NCBI GenBank assembly: GCA_963827275.1
Contig: CAWHAA010000009.1
Coordinates: forward strand, 64,001 to 128,000
Source: an uncultured Spirochaetota bacterium
GTDB lineage: Bacteria; Spirochaetota; UBA4802; UBA5550
Direction of reading: 5' to 3'
DNA: 64,000 bases
The notes beneath the pieces were generated by a model, which saw nothing but the letters and a program-made list of their open reading frames with translations, searched no databases and had not been told where the DNA came from. This document shows positions 29,645 to 39,328 of the stretch, in pieces. The stretch's first letter is position 1. The number at the start of each line of letters is the position of its first letter. The translations under genes and the position numbers were made by a program.

Positions 29645-30415
29645 TTATTCTCCCTTGAAGTTCGGCTCCCTCTTCTGGAAGAACGAGGTCATGCCTTCCT
29701 GCATGTCCTTCGTGGTGAAGAGCCTTCCCAGTTCTTCACGCTCGATCTTCAGGTGCATGTCGGGGCTGATGCTGGGGCTGATGTTGACGAGCTTCGTGAT
29801 CGCCGCTATGGAGAGCGGCGGGCGTTTCGCGAGCTTGTTCGCGAATTCGATGGCATCGTCCAGCACTTTCCCGTCTTCGCTTATTTTATCGGCCAGTCCG
29901 ATCGAGACCGCTTCTTCAGCTTCGACCTGCATTCCCAGCCACATTATCTCCAGGGCCTTCGACCTGCCGACAAGGCGCGGCAGCCGCAGGCTTCCGCCGT
30001 ATCCGGGCATGATCCCCAGGTTTGTTTCGGTGAGGCCCATCCGTGCCCCCTTCTTGACGAACCGGAAGTGGCATGCCATGGCAAGCTCGCAGCCGCCGCC
30101 CAGCGCGTGTCCGTTGACAGCGGCGATGACGGGCTTCGGGAAATATTCTATCTTGTTCCATACGTCCTGGCCCCGTTTCAGGAAGTCAACGGCGCTGAAA
30201 TCGCCGAAGCCCGAAGAGAGGTCCGCGCCGGCGCTGAAAGCCTTGTCGCCGGAACCGGTGATGACTACCGCCAGGACGGACTTGTCGACCTCGATCGCGT
30301 CAAGGTGCTTCCGCATCGTCTCAAAAACCTCGGCGCTCAGCTGGTTCGCCTTCGGTTTATCTATCGTTAAAATTGCTACTCTGTCTTTCTGCTCCTTCTT
30401 GACCGCATCCGACAT
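29645..30415 (-). CDS. Enoyl-CoA hydratase (crotonase)
   Basis: 'AFSAGADL', 'KPVIAAVNGHALGGGCELAMAC', 'ETNLGIMPGYGGS'. Confidence 0.93.
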   Translation of the reverse strand: MSDAVKKEQKDRVAILTIDKPKANQLSAEVFETMRKHLDAIEVDKSVLAVVITGSGDKAFSAGADLSSGFGDFSAVDFLKRGQDVWNKIEYFPKPVIAAVNGHALGGGCELAMACHFRFVKKGARMGLTETNLGIMPGYGGSLRLPRLVGRSKALEIMWLGMQVEAEEAVSIGLADKISEDGKVLDDAIEFANKLAKRPPLSIAAITKLVNISPSISPDMHLKIEREELGRLFTTKDMQEGMTSFFQKREPNFKGE

Positions 30416-30490
30416 AATATTCCTCCTTAATAATTTTGCAAGTAAAATACGTCGCCCCGGCCGGTATCCGCCGGGGCGACATCCGGGTAC

Positions 30491-31654
30491 TTATCTTCCG
30501 ATTGTTTTGAACGTGCCGTCGATGATCTCAGGCTCGGGCTTCAGGATGTCGAGCTTGAACCGCGCGGCAAGCATGTTCAGCGCGTCGGCCAGCTGCTGCG
30601 GCTGCATTCCGCCCGCCAGCGCGAAGGGACCCGCGAAGGCGTTCATGCCGTATTTGACGCCGTCGTCGATGTCCTGGATCGATTTCGCCAGGCCTTCCTT
30701 CCATACCTTCACGGCTTCATTGATCTGGACCGCCAGGAGGTGCAGCGGGGAGAGGTCTTCGGACGTCTTCGATATGTCGATGACCGCTTTGCCGTCTTTC
30801 CATTCGTAGATCCCTTTTCCGCTCTTCATGCCCAGCTCTTTTTTCGCGACCTTGTCGCTCAGAAACTTGCCGGGCTTGTACTGCGGCGAGAGGGTCTTGG
30901 CGTAATAGTCCAGGGTGTGGCAGAACACGTCGAGGCCGACGAAGTCCGCGGTTTCGAAGGGGGCCATCTTCGCGCCCATCTTTTTCATCATCGCGTCAAG
31001 CTGCTGGGGCGGCACTTTCCCTTCGTCAAGGATGGCGGAGAGGAGCGCCTGGTTCGGCGCGCTGATCCGGTTCACTATGAAGCCGGGGCGGTCCTTGAGC
31101 ACCTTGACCGGGATCTTGTCGATTTTTTTCGATAATTCGCACATGAGGTCGGCGGTCGCGTCATTGGTCTTGTTCCCGTAAATGACTTCCACCAGCTTCA
31201 TCCGGTTGACCGGGTTGAAGAAGTGCAGGCCGACGAACCGTTCGGGATTTTTAACCACGCTGCCGATTTCAGAGATGCTCATCGTCGAGGTGTTGGTCGC
31301 CAGGATGGCGTCCGGTTTGCAGGCTTCGGACACTTCTTTGAATACGGATTTTTTCAGGTCCATGATCTCCGGGACCGCTTCGACCACGATCTGCGCGTCC
31401 TTGACCGCTTCCGTGGTGTCCAGGGTCGTGGTGAGGAGCGACATCGCCTTGTCTTTGGCGTCGGCGGCCAGCTTGCCCTTGCCGACCAGGAAATCAAGGC
31501 TCTCCTTGATCTTCGCCACGCCGTTATCGATAAACTCCTGCTTGATGTCCCTCATGATAACGGCATACCCGGCCTGGATACAGACCTGGGCGATGCCATG
31601 TCCCATTGCACCTGATCCGAGGATTGCAATTTTTTTTACGTCATTGATGTTCAT
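30491..31654 (-). CDS. 3-hydroxyacyl-CoA dehydrogenase (duplicated C-terminal domain)
   Basis: 'GSGAMGHGIA', 'EAVPE', 'ATNTS', 'GLHFFNP', 'PGFIVNR'. Confidence 0.93.
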   Translation of the reverse strand: MNINDVKKIAILGSGAMGHGIAQVCIQAGYAVIMRDIKQEFIDNGVAKIKESLDFLVGKGKLAADAKDKAMSLLTTTLDTTEAVKDAQIVVEAVPEIMDLKKSVFKEVSEACKPDAILATNTSTMSISEIGSVVKNPERFVGLHFFNPVNRMKLVEVIYGNKTNDATADLMCELSKKIDKIPVKVLKDRPGFIVNRISAPNQALLSAILDEGKVPPQQLDAMMKKMGAKMAPFETADFVGLDVFCHTLDYYAKTLSPQYKPGKFLSDKVAKKELGMKSGKGIYEWKDGKAVIDISKTSEDLSPLHLLAVQINEAVKVWKEGLAKSIQDIDDGVKYGMNAFAGPFALAGGMQPQQLADALNMLAARFKLDILKPEPEIIDGTFKTIGR

Positions 31655-31832
31655 TGAAGTACTCCTTGGTGATTAAATTATTTAATTCTTAATGCCGATC
31701 TGCCGGTTCTTCTTCCGCCGTTCCGCCGGATGGGGAGGGACGGCAGGCCGGTAAACACGAATGGGCTGCCCCTGTCGGGACAGCTCATTCGCTTACCGGT
31801 AATCACCGCCTGGTTCGGCCATGCATGCTGTG

Positions 31833-33029
31833 TTACTTGAGCTCTTTGCTCGAAAGCTCCAGAACGTTCCGCGCAACGATGAGGTGCTGGATCTGCCCGG
31901 TGCCCTCGAAGATATCGGTGATCTTGACGTCCCGCATCCATTTCTCGGCGAGGTTCTCGCACGATATGCCCAGCGGTCCGAGAAGGTCGCAGCATTTCTG
32001 CGTGATCAGGGTCGCGTAGCGGCCTGATTTTGCCTTCGCCATCGACGCTTCGGTATTGTTGAATTCCCCGTTGTCCATCATCCACGCGGCGCGCCAGGTC
32101 AAAAGGCGCATCGCTTCATGGTTGGCTTCCATAAGGTAGAATTCTTTTTCAAGACTGCTACTATTGTTCGGATTCGCGTTATAATCAAGCGTTATTCCGC
32201 TCTCCTCGATTTTTTCTCTGGTGAAATCGAGCGCGGCCCGCGACACACCGAGCGCCATCGAGGCGACCAGCGGCCGGGTGTTGTCAAAGGTCTTCATGAC
32301 GCCCTTGAACCCTTCCCCGGACTCCTTGATTTCGGCGCTTCCAAGTATGTTGTTCTTCGGTATGCGGCAATCCTGAAGGACATAGGTGCCCGTGTCGCTG
32401 GCGCGAATCCCCAGCTTGTGCTCGAGCTTGTCAAGTTTGAAGCCGGGAGTGCCCTTCTCAACGATGAAGGACTTGATGCCGGCTTTACCCGCTTTCTTGT
32501 CGACCGTCGCCCATACCACCGCGATGTCGCAGCGCTCGGCGCAGGTGACGAATATCTTCTCGCCGTTCAGCACCCATTCGTCGCCGTCAAGCTTTGCGGT
32601 CGCCGTAATGGACCCGGAATCGGAGCCGGACCCCGGCTCGGTGATGGCCATTGAAGCCCATTTGCCCCCGAAGCGCTCGAACTGATCGTCCGTCGCGACC
32701 GCCATGATCGCCGCGTTGCCGAGACCGGCATTGGGCAGCGACAGGAGCAGGCCCAGGTCCCCCCAGCACATCTCCTCGATCGTGATGACCATTGCCAGGT
32801 TTGCCCCCAGTTTTTTCCCGCCCGGCGCATCGGCCTTCTTTTCTTCTCCCTCTTTTTTCTTCTTTGGCCTGTTCATTATCTTTATCGAGCGGAACATGTC
32901 GAGTTCTTTCGGGTTTTCATGCTCGTGCTCGTCATACTTGCGTGCGATCGGCCGCAGCATTCCTTTGGCCATGCCGTTCATGCTGCCTCTTACCTGGCTC
33001 ATCTTAGTGGTTACTTCAAGATTTATCAT
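31833..33029 (-). CDS. Acyl-CoA dehydrogenase (catalytic-type subunit)
   Basis: 'AITEPGSGSD', 'LNGEKIFVT', 'KLGIRASDT', 'RDVKITDIFEGTGQIQ'. GGAGG fits the ATG at 33029. Confidence 0.93.
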   Translation of the reverse strand: MINLEVTTKMSQVRGSMNGMAKGMLRPIARKYDEHEHENPKELDMFRSIKIMNRPKKKKEGEEKKADAPGGKKLGANLAMVITIEEMCWGDLGLLLSLPNAGLGNAAIMAVATDDQFERFGGKWASMAITEPGSGSDSGSITATAKLDGDEWVLNGEKIFVTCAERCDIAVVWATVDKKAGKAGIKSFIVEKGTPGFKLDKLEHKLGIRASDTGTYVLQDCRIPKNNILGSAEIKESGEGFKGVMKTFDNTRPLVASMALGVSRAALDFTREKIEESGITLDYNANPNNSSSLEKEFYLMEANHEAMRLLTWRAAWMMDNGEFNNTEASMAKAKSGRYATLITQKCCDLLGPLGISCENLAEKWMRDVKITDIFEGTGQIQHLIVARNVLELSSKELK

Positions 33030-33047
33030 TGTCATTCCTCCGTTTAA

Positions 33048-34154
33048 TTATACCGTGGCCATGCCTTCAAGTACGGCGATGCCCCTGCCGTTCCGGTAAT
33101 ACCGCTCCACCGGATGGTCCCGTACGAACCCGTGACCGCCGAGTATCTGTACGCCGTAATCGGTGATCTTCATGGTCATCTCGCCGGCATAGAGCTTGCC
33201 CAGGTAGGCATCGCGCTTCGCGTCCTTCCCGGCTTCGAGCGTGGACGCCGCCTTCCAGGTCATGAGGCGCATCGCGTCCACCTCGTACGCCATCTCGGCG
33301 ACCATGAAGGCGACCGCCTGCCTGTGGGCGATCGGCTCCCCGAACTGCAGGCGTTCTTTTGAATAGTCGCGCGCGTATTCGAAGGAGGCGCGGGAGATGC
33401 CGGTCCCGATCGCCGATAGCGCGGTCCTCGTTTTCTGCAAAAATTTTGCGTAGTCGCAACCCTGCTCGCCGCCGAGCCGGTCGGATGCCGGTACCTCGCA
33501 GTTTTCCAGGGTGACCCCGTATGTTTCAAGGGCGTACATGCCGATGTTCTTCTCGCGGTCGCCGATTTTCAGGCCCGGGTTGTCTTTCGATACGATGAAA
33601 AGGTTCATCGCACCGTCCAGGTTTGCGGCAACGAGCATGTGGCCCGCCTCTTTTGCCATCGGCACGAAGCATTTTTTACCGTTCAGCACGTAGGCGCTGC
33701 CTTTCCTGGCGGCCGTTGTTGCAAGCGAAACAGCGTCGAACTTGAACCGCGGCTCGTTGATCGCGGCCGTGCACGGCTTGTACGCCGCGTCGCAGTAGGC
33801 CGGGATATATTTTTTCTTCTGCTCGTCCGTGCCCATTTCAAGGACGGGGAACATGAATGTTGACGGCAGTGTCGCCGCGATGGCAAGGGACATGTCGCAG
33901 TAGGCGAGCTCTTCAAGTATTATGCTGTTCATTATCGGGGAATACTCCATCCCGTATCCCCCGTATTCTTCGGGTATCGCCGATATCGTGGCACCCAGGT
34001 CCCAGACCTTCTGGATAAATTCCGCCGGTATGGCTCTCTTTTCATCCATATCATGTGTGCTGTCCGATACGACGCTCTTGACCAGGCGGCCCACCGTTTC
34101 TTTCATTGTCCTCTGTTCTTCGGACATGCCGAAACTGAAATCTTTTTCTTCCAT
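33048..34154 (-). CDS. Acyl-CoA dehydrogenase (short C-terminus, partner-type subunit)
   Basis: 'LNGKKCFV', 'RLQFGEPIAHRQAVAF', 'QILGGHGFVRDHPVERYYR'. Ends at 'LEGMATV'. Confidence 0.9.
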   Translation of the reverse strand: MEEKDFSFGMSEEQRTMKETVGRLVKSVVSDSTHDMDEKRAIPAEFIQKVWDLGATISAIPEEYGGYGMEYSPIMNSIILEELAYCDMSLAIAATLPSTFMFPVLEMGTDEQKKKYIPAYCDAAYKPCTAAINEPRFKFDAVSLATTAARKGSAYVLNGKKCFVPMAKEAGHMLVAANLDGAMNLFIVSKDNPGLKIGDREKNIGMYALETYGVTLENCEVPASDRLGGEQGCDYAKFLQKTRTALSAIGTGISRASFEYARDYSKERLQFGEPIAHRQAVAFMVAEMAYEVDAMRLMTWKAASTLEAGKDAKRDAYLGKLYAGEMTMKITDYGVQILGGHGFVRDHPVERYYRNGRGIAVLEGMATV

Positions 34155-34191
34155 GGCGTTCTCCTCGCATGTGGATCATAAAATTAGGAAA

Positions 34192-34209
34192 TAGACTGAC
34201 GTGTCAGTT
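34192..34209. promoter_or_regulatory. Palindromic operator, copy 1 (upstream of the acyl-CoA dehydrogenase operon)
   Basis: TAGACTGACGTGTCAGTT, the exact reverse complement of copy 3. Confidence 0.8.
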
Positions 34210-34236
34210 CTTGTAATGCAGCACGCCGGCCGTCAA

Positions 34237-34845
34237 CTATTTTTTTATAAAAATCGCCGGAGCGAAAATGGCGATGATTTCCCTTGTCATGGTGTCAATC
34301 TCCAGGGCGTCTTTTTTGTTCTTTCTGTTGCCGAAAAAGGTGAGGGCTGTTTTCAAAAGCGCGCCGGTGATCAGGTGCGACGTCATGTCGACGTTCAGGT
34401 CCTTGCGGATATTGTGGTTCCGGATCCCGAGCATCAGGTCGTTCACGATAAGATTGTGTATTTTTTTCTCAAAGCGCTTGGTGGAGTTCTCCAGCTCGCC
34501 GCTCAGCCCGATACCCATCCTGAGCACGATGTTGCAGAGATCCGGATCGCTTGAAAGGAACTGGAGCGTGTTTTTGACCCTGAAAGACATGTATTCGACG
34601 GGGGATATGGTCCTCAGGTCTAGTTTATTCATCTCGATGGAGATGTATTTTTCCCAGTCGTTGTAGAAGTCCCGGATGAGGGTGATGAAAATATCGTCCT
34701 TGTTATTGAAATACTGGTACACGGTGCCGCGGGCGATCTTCGCTTCATCGACGATATCGGATATCTGGGTGTCGTAATATCCCTTCCTGGAAAAAAGGCG
34801 CTTCGCGTATTCCAGTATTAATTTTTTTCGTTCATCGGCTTTCAT
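34237..34845 (-). CDS. TetR/AcrR family transcriptional regulator
   Basis: 'ILEYAKRLFSRKGYYDTQISDIVDEAKIARGTVYQYFNNKDDIF' HTH. Confidence 0.95.
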   Translation of the reverse strand: MKADERKKLILEYAKRLFSRKGYYDTQISDIVDEAKIARGTVYQYFNNKDDIFITLIRDFYNDWEKYISIEMNKLDLRTISPVEYMSFRVKNTLQFLSSDPDLCNIVLRMGIGLSGELENSTKRFEKKIHNLIVNDLMLGIRNHNIRKDLNVDMTSHLITGALLKTALTFFGNRKNKKDALEIDTMTREIIAIFAPAIFIKK

Positions 34846-34984
34846 AGAACCTGCTTTCCTTGAAGGAATATATTTTGTTTACACCGTGGTTGGCGAAAAA
34901 AGCACCGCCGGGAGACGTTTTTGCGGCGCCATCGGATCGCCCGCGATTAATTCGCGTTTTCCCCGCCACAAGGCAAAAATACTG

Positions 34985-35027
34985 TTGACATAAATTAAAG
35001 GCCGTCTAAAACTGACATGTCAGTCTA
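34985..35027 (+). promoter_or_regulatory. Promoter plus palindromic operator, copy 2
   Basis: TTGACA-16bp-TAAAAC overlapping AACTGACATGTCAGTCTA (35010-35027). Confidence 0.75.
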
Positions 35028-35097
35028 AATAAAATGTCACGGTCCGATTTTGTCAATGGAATTTTCTTTTTTTTATAACGGCGAAAAAATAATTTCA

Positions 35098-35140
35098 TTG
35101 ACGCGGTCCGTCCGTATAATAAAACTGACACGTCAGTCTA
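35098..35140 (+). promoter_or_regulatory. Promoter plus palindromic operator, copy 3
   Basis: TTGACG-16bp-TAAAAC overlapping AACTGACACGTCAGTCTA (35123-35140). Confidence 0.75.
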
Positions 35141-35186
35141 AATTATACCATCACACACGTGAAAAAGTTAGAAAGGAGGATTCTCT

Positions 35187-35759
35187 ATGGCCGCATTACC
35201 AACTGTACCCGCTGACACCAGCGTAGATAAGCTCTTATCGGAACACATGCCGAAAATAGCAAAGGACCAGCTTGCAAGCAATCCCGCCGCCGCTGACCTG
35301 GCGGGGACCGAGATCACCATGGTTGTGGAAGTGTCGGGTGACAAGCACAGCTTCACGCTGAAAGACGGCAAAGATGTCGTCTACAGCAAAGGCGATATCG
35401 CGTCACCGAAGCTCCGGCTCATGCTTGATAAAGGCGAGCTCGAGAAGATGATCAAGTCCCAGAACCTCGACATGATCCTCGGGATCACGAACGATCTGAA
35501 CAAGGCGAAGGTCAACGCGCTGAATTCGCTCAAGGGCAGCTTCGTGGCCGAGATTACCGATGATGACGGGAGCATTGTAAAGGTCAAGGCGATCCTGAAC
35601 GGCGCCAATGATCCCGCTTCGGTATTTAAAATGAGCGCGAAAGACACCAGCGCGTTGATGCGGAAAGACACCAATCCGGTCAACCTGTTCATGTCAGGCG
35701 CCATGAAGATTGAAGGCGACATGGCTTTCGCAATGGGCACGCAGCCGCTTTTCAGCTAG
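35187..35759 (+). CDS. SCP2 sterol/lipid-binding domain protein (probably tandem domains)
   Basis: C-term 'NPVNLFMSGAMKIEGDMAFAM' SCP2 signature; strong AGGAGG RBS. Confidence 0.85.
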   Translation: MAALPTVPADTSVDKLLSEHMPKIAKDQLASNPAAADLAGTEITMVVEVSGDKHSFTLKDGKDVVYSKGDIASPKLRLMLDKGELEKMIKSQNLDMILGITNDLNKAKVNALNSLKGSFVAEITDDDGSIVKVKAILNGANDPASVFKMSAKDTSALMRKDTNPVNLFMSGAMKIEGDMAFAMGTQPLFS

Positions 35760-35945
35760 AGGCATGAATGCCGCGCGTCGAAAGCGCGGAGGTTGCGGAA
35801 AGATTTAATTTTTGCACCTTCAAAAAAACTGTTTAAGTCGCACTGTTGCCGGGGGATCAGGAGCGCACGGTCGAAACAGCATGTTTCAGGCGCGCGTTAC
35901 TGATCTCCCGGTTGATTTTTTTAAATTATTTATGGGGGTTTGATC

Positions 35946-37859
35946 ATGGCAAACGAACTGCTTCCCTGGCACAAGGAATATAAAATAACAGGAATTCCGA
36001 TCACCTTGAAACCGTATCCCGATGAACCGGTATACAATTTGCTCTATGAAACGGCAAAAAAATATAAAAAGAACGGACTCATACAATACAATTATAAAAT
36101 GACGTATCCGGTCCTGAGAGATAAGGTTGACCGCCTGGCTACGGCGCTCTACAACCTCGGCCTGCGCAAGGGTGACCGCGTTGCCGCCATACTCCCCACG
36201 TCGATACAGTTTATCCTGACCGATTACGCGATTTCAAGGGCGGGCCTGGTGCATATTCCGAGCAGCTCGCTCGATTCGGTCACCTCCCTCGAGCATAAAT
36301 TCAATGAAGGAAAACCGCGGGCGCTTGTGACGCTGGCGGAGCATCTGGATGTCGCGGTGCAGGTCGTCAAAAAATGCAAGATTGAATTTTTAATTCTCTG
36401 CGATTTAAACGATTTCCCCGGGGGTGGCGCGCACGACAGGGGTAAAAATATACCGAAAGACGCGCTGTGGATGACCGACCTGATCGATACAACTCCTCCG
36501 TCTCCGCCCGACCTCACATTCGATGTGGAGAAGGACATAGAGACCCTCATGTTCACCGGCGGTACGACCGGTCTGGCGAAGGGATGCATGCTGACGCACC
36601 GGAACATCTATGCGAACAGCATGCAGGGCCTGTACGCGTTCGGCTTGCAGGGCATGCTCCTCAAGGGGGCCGTAACGGTCCTCATGGGGCTGCCGTTCTT
36701 CCACACCTACGGGCACTCGGTCATGCATAATATGACCTACCTCGGCTTCAGCCAGATCCTGATCCCCGATCCCCGTGACACGGATGGCATGATCAAGATG
36801 ATCAAGGAGCACTGCCCGCTCATGCAGTTCGGGGTGCCGACCCAGTTCATGAAGCTGTCCGAGGAGCTGGAAGGGTATGCGATGCTCGGCGTCTCGGGCT
36901 CGGCCGCGCTTCCGACCAACGTGCAGGACAAGTTTGAAAGCAAGGCGGGCGGCGGCATTCTCGAGGGATACGGCCTGTCCGAGATGTCTCCGACCACGCA
37001 CCTGAATACATCGTTTCTCACCCGGCTCTTCGGGGGCCGCGTTGCCATGAGGATCAATACCATCATGATGAGCTTCCCGGGCGTTCTGCCGCTTCTGAAT
37101 TTATTGCTGCGGCTGGCAGGAACGCGGAACGTGGGTTTCGTGATTACGAAGGCTTTTGCCGTCATGGCGAAAATGACCAGCAAAAAGCCCGCTCCTGATA
37201 AAAACAAGGCGGTTAAAAAAGTCGAGAAGCGGGGGACCATCGGCGTCCCGTATCCGGATGTCGAAGTGAAGTTCCTTTCGGTTGAGACCCAGGAAGAGGT
37301 CCCCGTATCACAGATGCTGAAGGGCGAGAGGGGAGAGATGCTCCTTCGCGGGCCGAACAGGATGCTGGGGTACTGGCCGGAGCCGGGCAGCGGCATTGAT
37401 GAAGACGGCTATATCCACACGAGCGACGTGGTCAGGATCGATGAAAACGGGTTCTTCTATATCGTCGACCGTACCAAGGACATGATCATCGTATCGGGAT
37501 ACAAGGTCTATTCACGCGAGGTGGACGATCTCCTGTACCACCATCCCAAGGTGGAGATGGCGGCGACCGTCGGCATTCCCGATCCGGAGCGGGAAGGGAG
37601 CGAGCGGGTTGCGGTATATATCCAGCCGAGGGAAAAATTCAAGAACAGCATCACTCCGGAGGAGATTATCGATTACCTGAAGCAGAAGGTGGCGAAATAC
37701 GCCGTGCCGAGAGTCGTGCACATTATCGACACGATGCCCCTGACCGAGGTCCACAAGGTCAACAAGAAGCTTCTCAGGGAGATGGCGGCAAAGGATGATG
37801 CGTCCCCGAAGCCGGCTGCGGATAAAGCGGCAAAGAAAAAGCAGAAGGCCAACGCGTAG
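35946..37859 (+). CDS. AMP-forming acyl-CoA synthetase (long-chain fatty acid-CoA ligase type) with internal insertion
   Basis: 'FTGGTTGLAKG', 'EGYGLSE', 'IVDRTKDMIIVSGYKVYSREV', 'LTEVHKVNK'. Confidence 0.9.
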   Translation: MANELLPWHKEYKITGIPITLKPYPDEPVYNLLYETAKKYKKNGLIQYNYKMTYPVLRDKVDRLATALYNLGLRKGDRVAAILPTSIQFILTDYAISRAGLVHIPSSSLDSVTSLEHKFNEGKPRALVTLAEHLDVAVQVVKKCKIEFLILCDLNDFPGGGAHDRGKNIPKDALWMTDLIDTTPPSPPDLTFDVEKDIETLMFTGGTTGLAKGCMLTHRNIYANSMQGLYAFGLQGMLLKGAVTVLMGLPFFHTYGHSVMHNMTYLGFSQILIPDPRDTDGMIKMIKEHCPLMQFGVPTQFMKLSEELEGYAMLGVSGSAALPTNVQDKFESKAGGGILEGYGLSEMSPTTHLNTSFLTRLFGGRVAMRINTIMMSFPGVLPLLNLLLRLAGTRNVGFVITKAFAVMAKMTSKKPAPDKNKAVKKVEKRGTIGVPYPDVEVKFLSVETQEEVPVSQMLKGERGEMLLRGPNRMLGYWPEPGSGIDEDGYIHTSDVVRIDENGFFYIVDRTKDMIIVSGYKVYSREVDDLLYHHPKVEMAATVGIPDPEREGSERVAVYIQPREKFKNSITPEEIIDYLKQKVAKYAVPRVVHIIDTMPLTEVHKVNKKLLREMAAKDDASPKPAADKAAKKKQKANA

Positions 37860-37995
37860 TGCGCAGCGCCACGGCGCGTCGGATGACACGAAGAGCACGC
37901 ATTTCGATTATTATGATCGATTTACAACAGCGCGTTTCCGCCCTCCACGGCGGGGACGCGCAGCATAAAACTTAATCTGTAACAGGAGAGCATCT

Positions 37996-39183
37996 ATGCA
38001 AATGGAAGAAGCGGTATTTATTGACGGCGTTCGCACCCCGAACGGCAGGGCCCACAAGGACAAGGGCTGGTTCAGAAATGTCAGACCCGATGAGCTGCTG
38101 ACCTACGTCTACCAGGGCATTTTTGAAAGAAACAAGAAAGTTAAACCCGAAGATCTTGACGGGGTATTGGTGGGATGCGCGAACATATCCGGCATGCAGA
38201 ACGATATCGGACGGCTCGGATGGCTCGCTTCCGGGATGCCGGTATCCGTGGGGACCAACACGATAACCAACCAGTGCCCCTCCGGCATGTCCGCCACCAT
38301 GCACGCGGCCCGCGCGATCATGACCGGCCAGGCCGACATCATGCTTGCCGCCGGGGTCGAGGACATGGAAAAGGTCCCGATGGGCGCGAACATGAACTTC
38401 CCGCCGAGGATCCTCAAGTACTGGAACGGCGCCGACCTCCCCATGGGCCCGACGGCCGAGAAAGTCGCGGAAGTGTATAAAGTTGCCCGTGAAGATATGG
38501 AAAACATGGCCATCTGGTCGAATAAAAAGGCGTACGAGGCCCAGCAGGCCGGCAAGTTTAAAAACGAGATCATCCCGGTCAAGGGCCTCGATGATAACGG
38601 CAACGAAATGATGGTGGACAAGGACCAGTGGGTCCGGTCAAAGAGCGAGCCGGAAAAGATGAAGGCGATGACGTCTTCCTTCAGGCCGAACGGCGGCGTG
38701 GTGACCGCGGCGACCTCTTCGCCACTCACACAGGGCGCGGCCTGCCTCCTCCTGATGAGCCGCAAGAAGGCGGACCAGCTCGGACTCGAGTACCACTACA
38801 AGTTCAGCTACGGCGTACTCGCCGGCTGCGATCCGACGGTCATGGGCATCGGCCCCGTACCGGCGTGCCAGAAGCTGTTCGAGAAGACGGGCCTGAAACC
38901 GGCTGATATCGGCGCCATCGAGCTGAACGAGGCCTTCGCGAGCCAGTCACTCGCCTGCATCCGCGAGCTGAAGCTGGACAACGATAACGCCCCCTTCAAA
39001 AAGGTCAACGTATGGGGCGGCGCGCTCGCCCTCGGACACCCGCTGGGACAGTCCGGCGCGCGGATCATCGTCACGCTGCTCAACGTCATGAAGACCGAGT
39101 TCCCGAACGAGAAATACGGCCTCGCGTCCCTGTGCGGAGCCTTCGGCAATGCCGGCGCGCTGCTGGTTGAGAAAGTCAAATAG
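37996..39183 (+). CDS. Acetyl-CoA C-acyltransferase (3-ketoacyl-CoA thiolase)
   Basis: 'NQCPSGM' (active Cys), 'ELNEAFASQ', '[11 protein letters not shown]', 'SLCGAFG'. Confidence 0.93.
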   Translation: MQMEEAVFIDGVRTPNGRAHKDKGWFRNVRPDELLTYVYQGIFERNKKVKPEDLDGVLVGCANISGMQNDIGRLGWLASGMPVSVGTNTITNQCPSGMSATMHAARAIMTGQADIMLAAGVEDMEKVPMGANMNFPPRILKYWNGADLPMGPTAEKVAEVYKVAREDMENMAIWSNKKAYEAQQAGKFKNEIIPVKGLDDNGNEMMVDKDQWVRSKSEPEKMKAMTSSFRPNGGVVTAATSSPLTQGAACLLLMSRKKADQLGLEYHYKFSYGVLAGCDPTVMGIGPVPACQKLFEKTGLKPADIGAIELNEAFASQSLACIRELKLDNDNAPFKKVNVWGGALALGHPLGQSGARIIVTLLNVMKTEFPNEKYGLASLCGAFGNAGALLVEKVK

Positions 39184-39207
39184 AAAGAGCTGCACATGCA
39201 GGACAAC

Positions 39208-39242
39208 GACGGCGCGGTCTTTCACCGCGCCGTCTTTTTTTT
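39208..39242 (+). terminator. Intrinsic terminator after thiolase
   Basis: GACGGCGCGGT-CTTTC-ACCGCGCCGTC followed by T8. Confidence 0.88.
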
Positions 39243-39261
39243 GGCGCGCCGGAAGGGATCT

Positions 39262-39294
39262 AAAAAAAAGCGGGATCACGTGATCCCGCTTTTT
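39262..39294 (-). terminator. Intrinsic terminator (potentially bidirectional) after the minus-strand ligase
   Basis: A8-GCGGGATCACGTGATCCCGC-T5 palindrome. Confidence 0.82.
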
Positions 39295-39328
39295 ACTCCT
39301 TGCGTTTCTGTCGTTCAGGTATGCTGCG

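Noticed and set aside
35115..35120. Perfect TATAAT as the -10 for TTGACG at 35098
   Set aside because: The spacing is only 11 bp; TAAAAC at 16 bp matches the duplicated upstream unit better.
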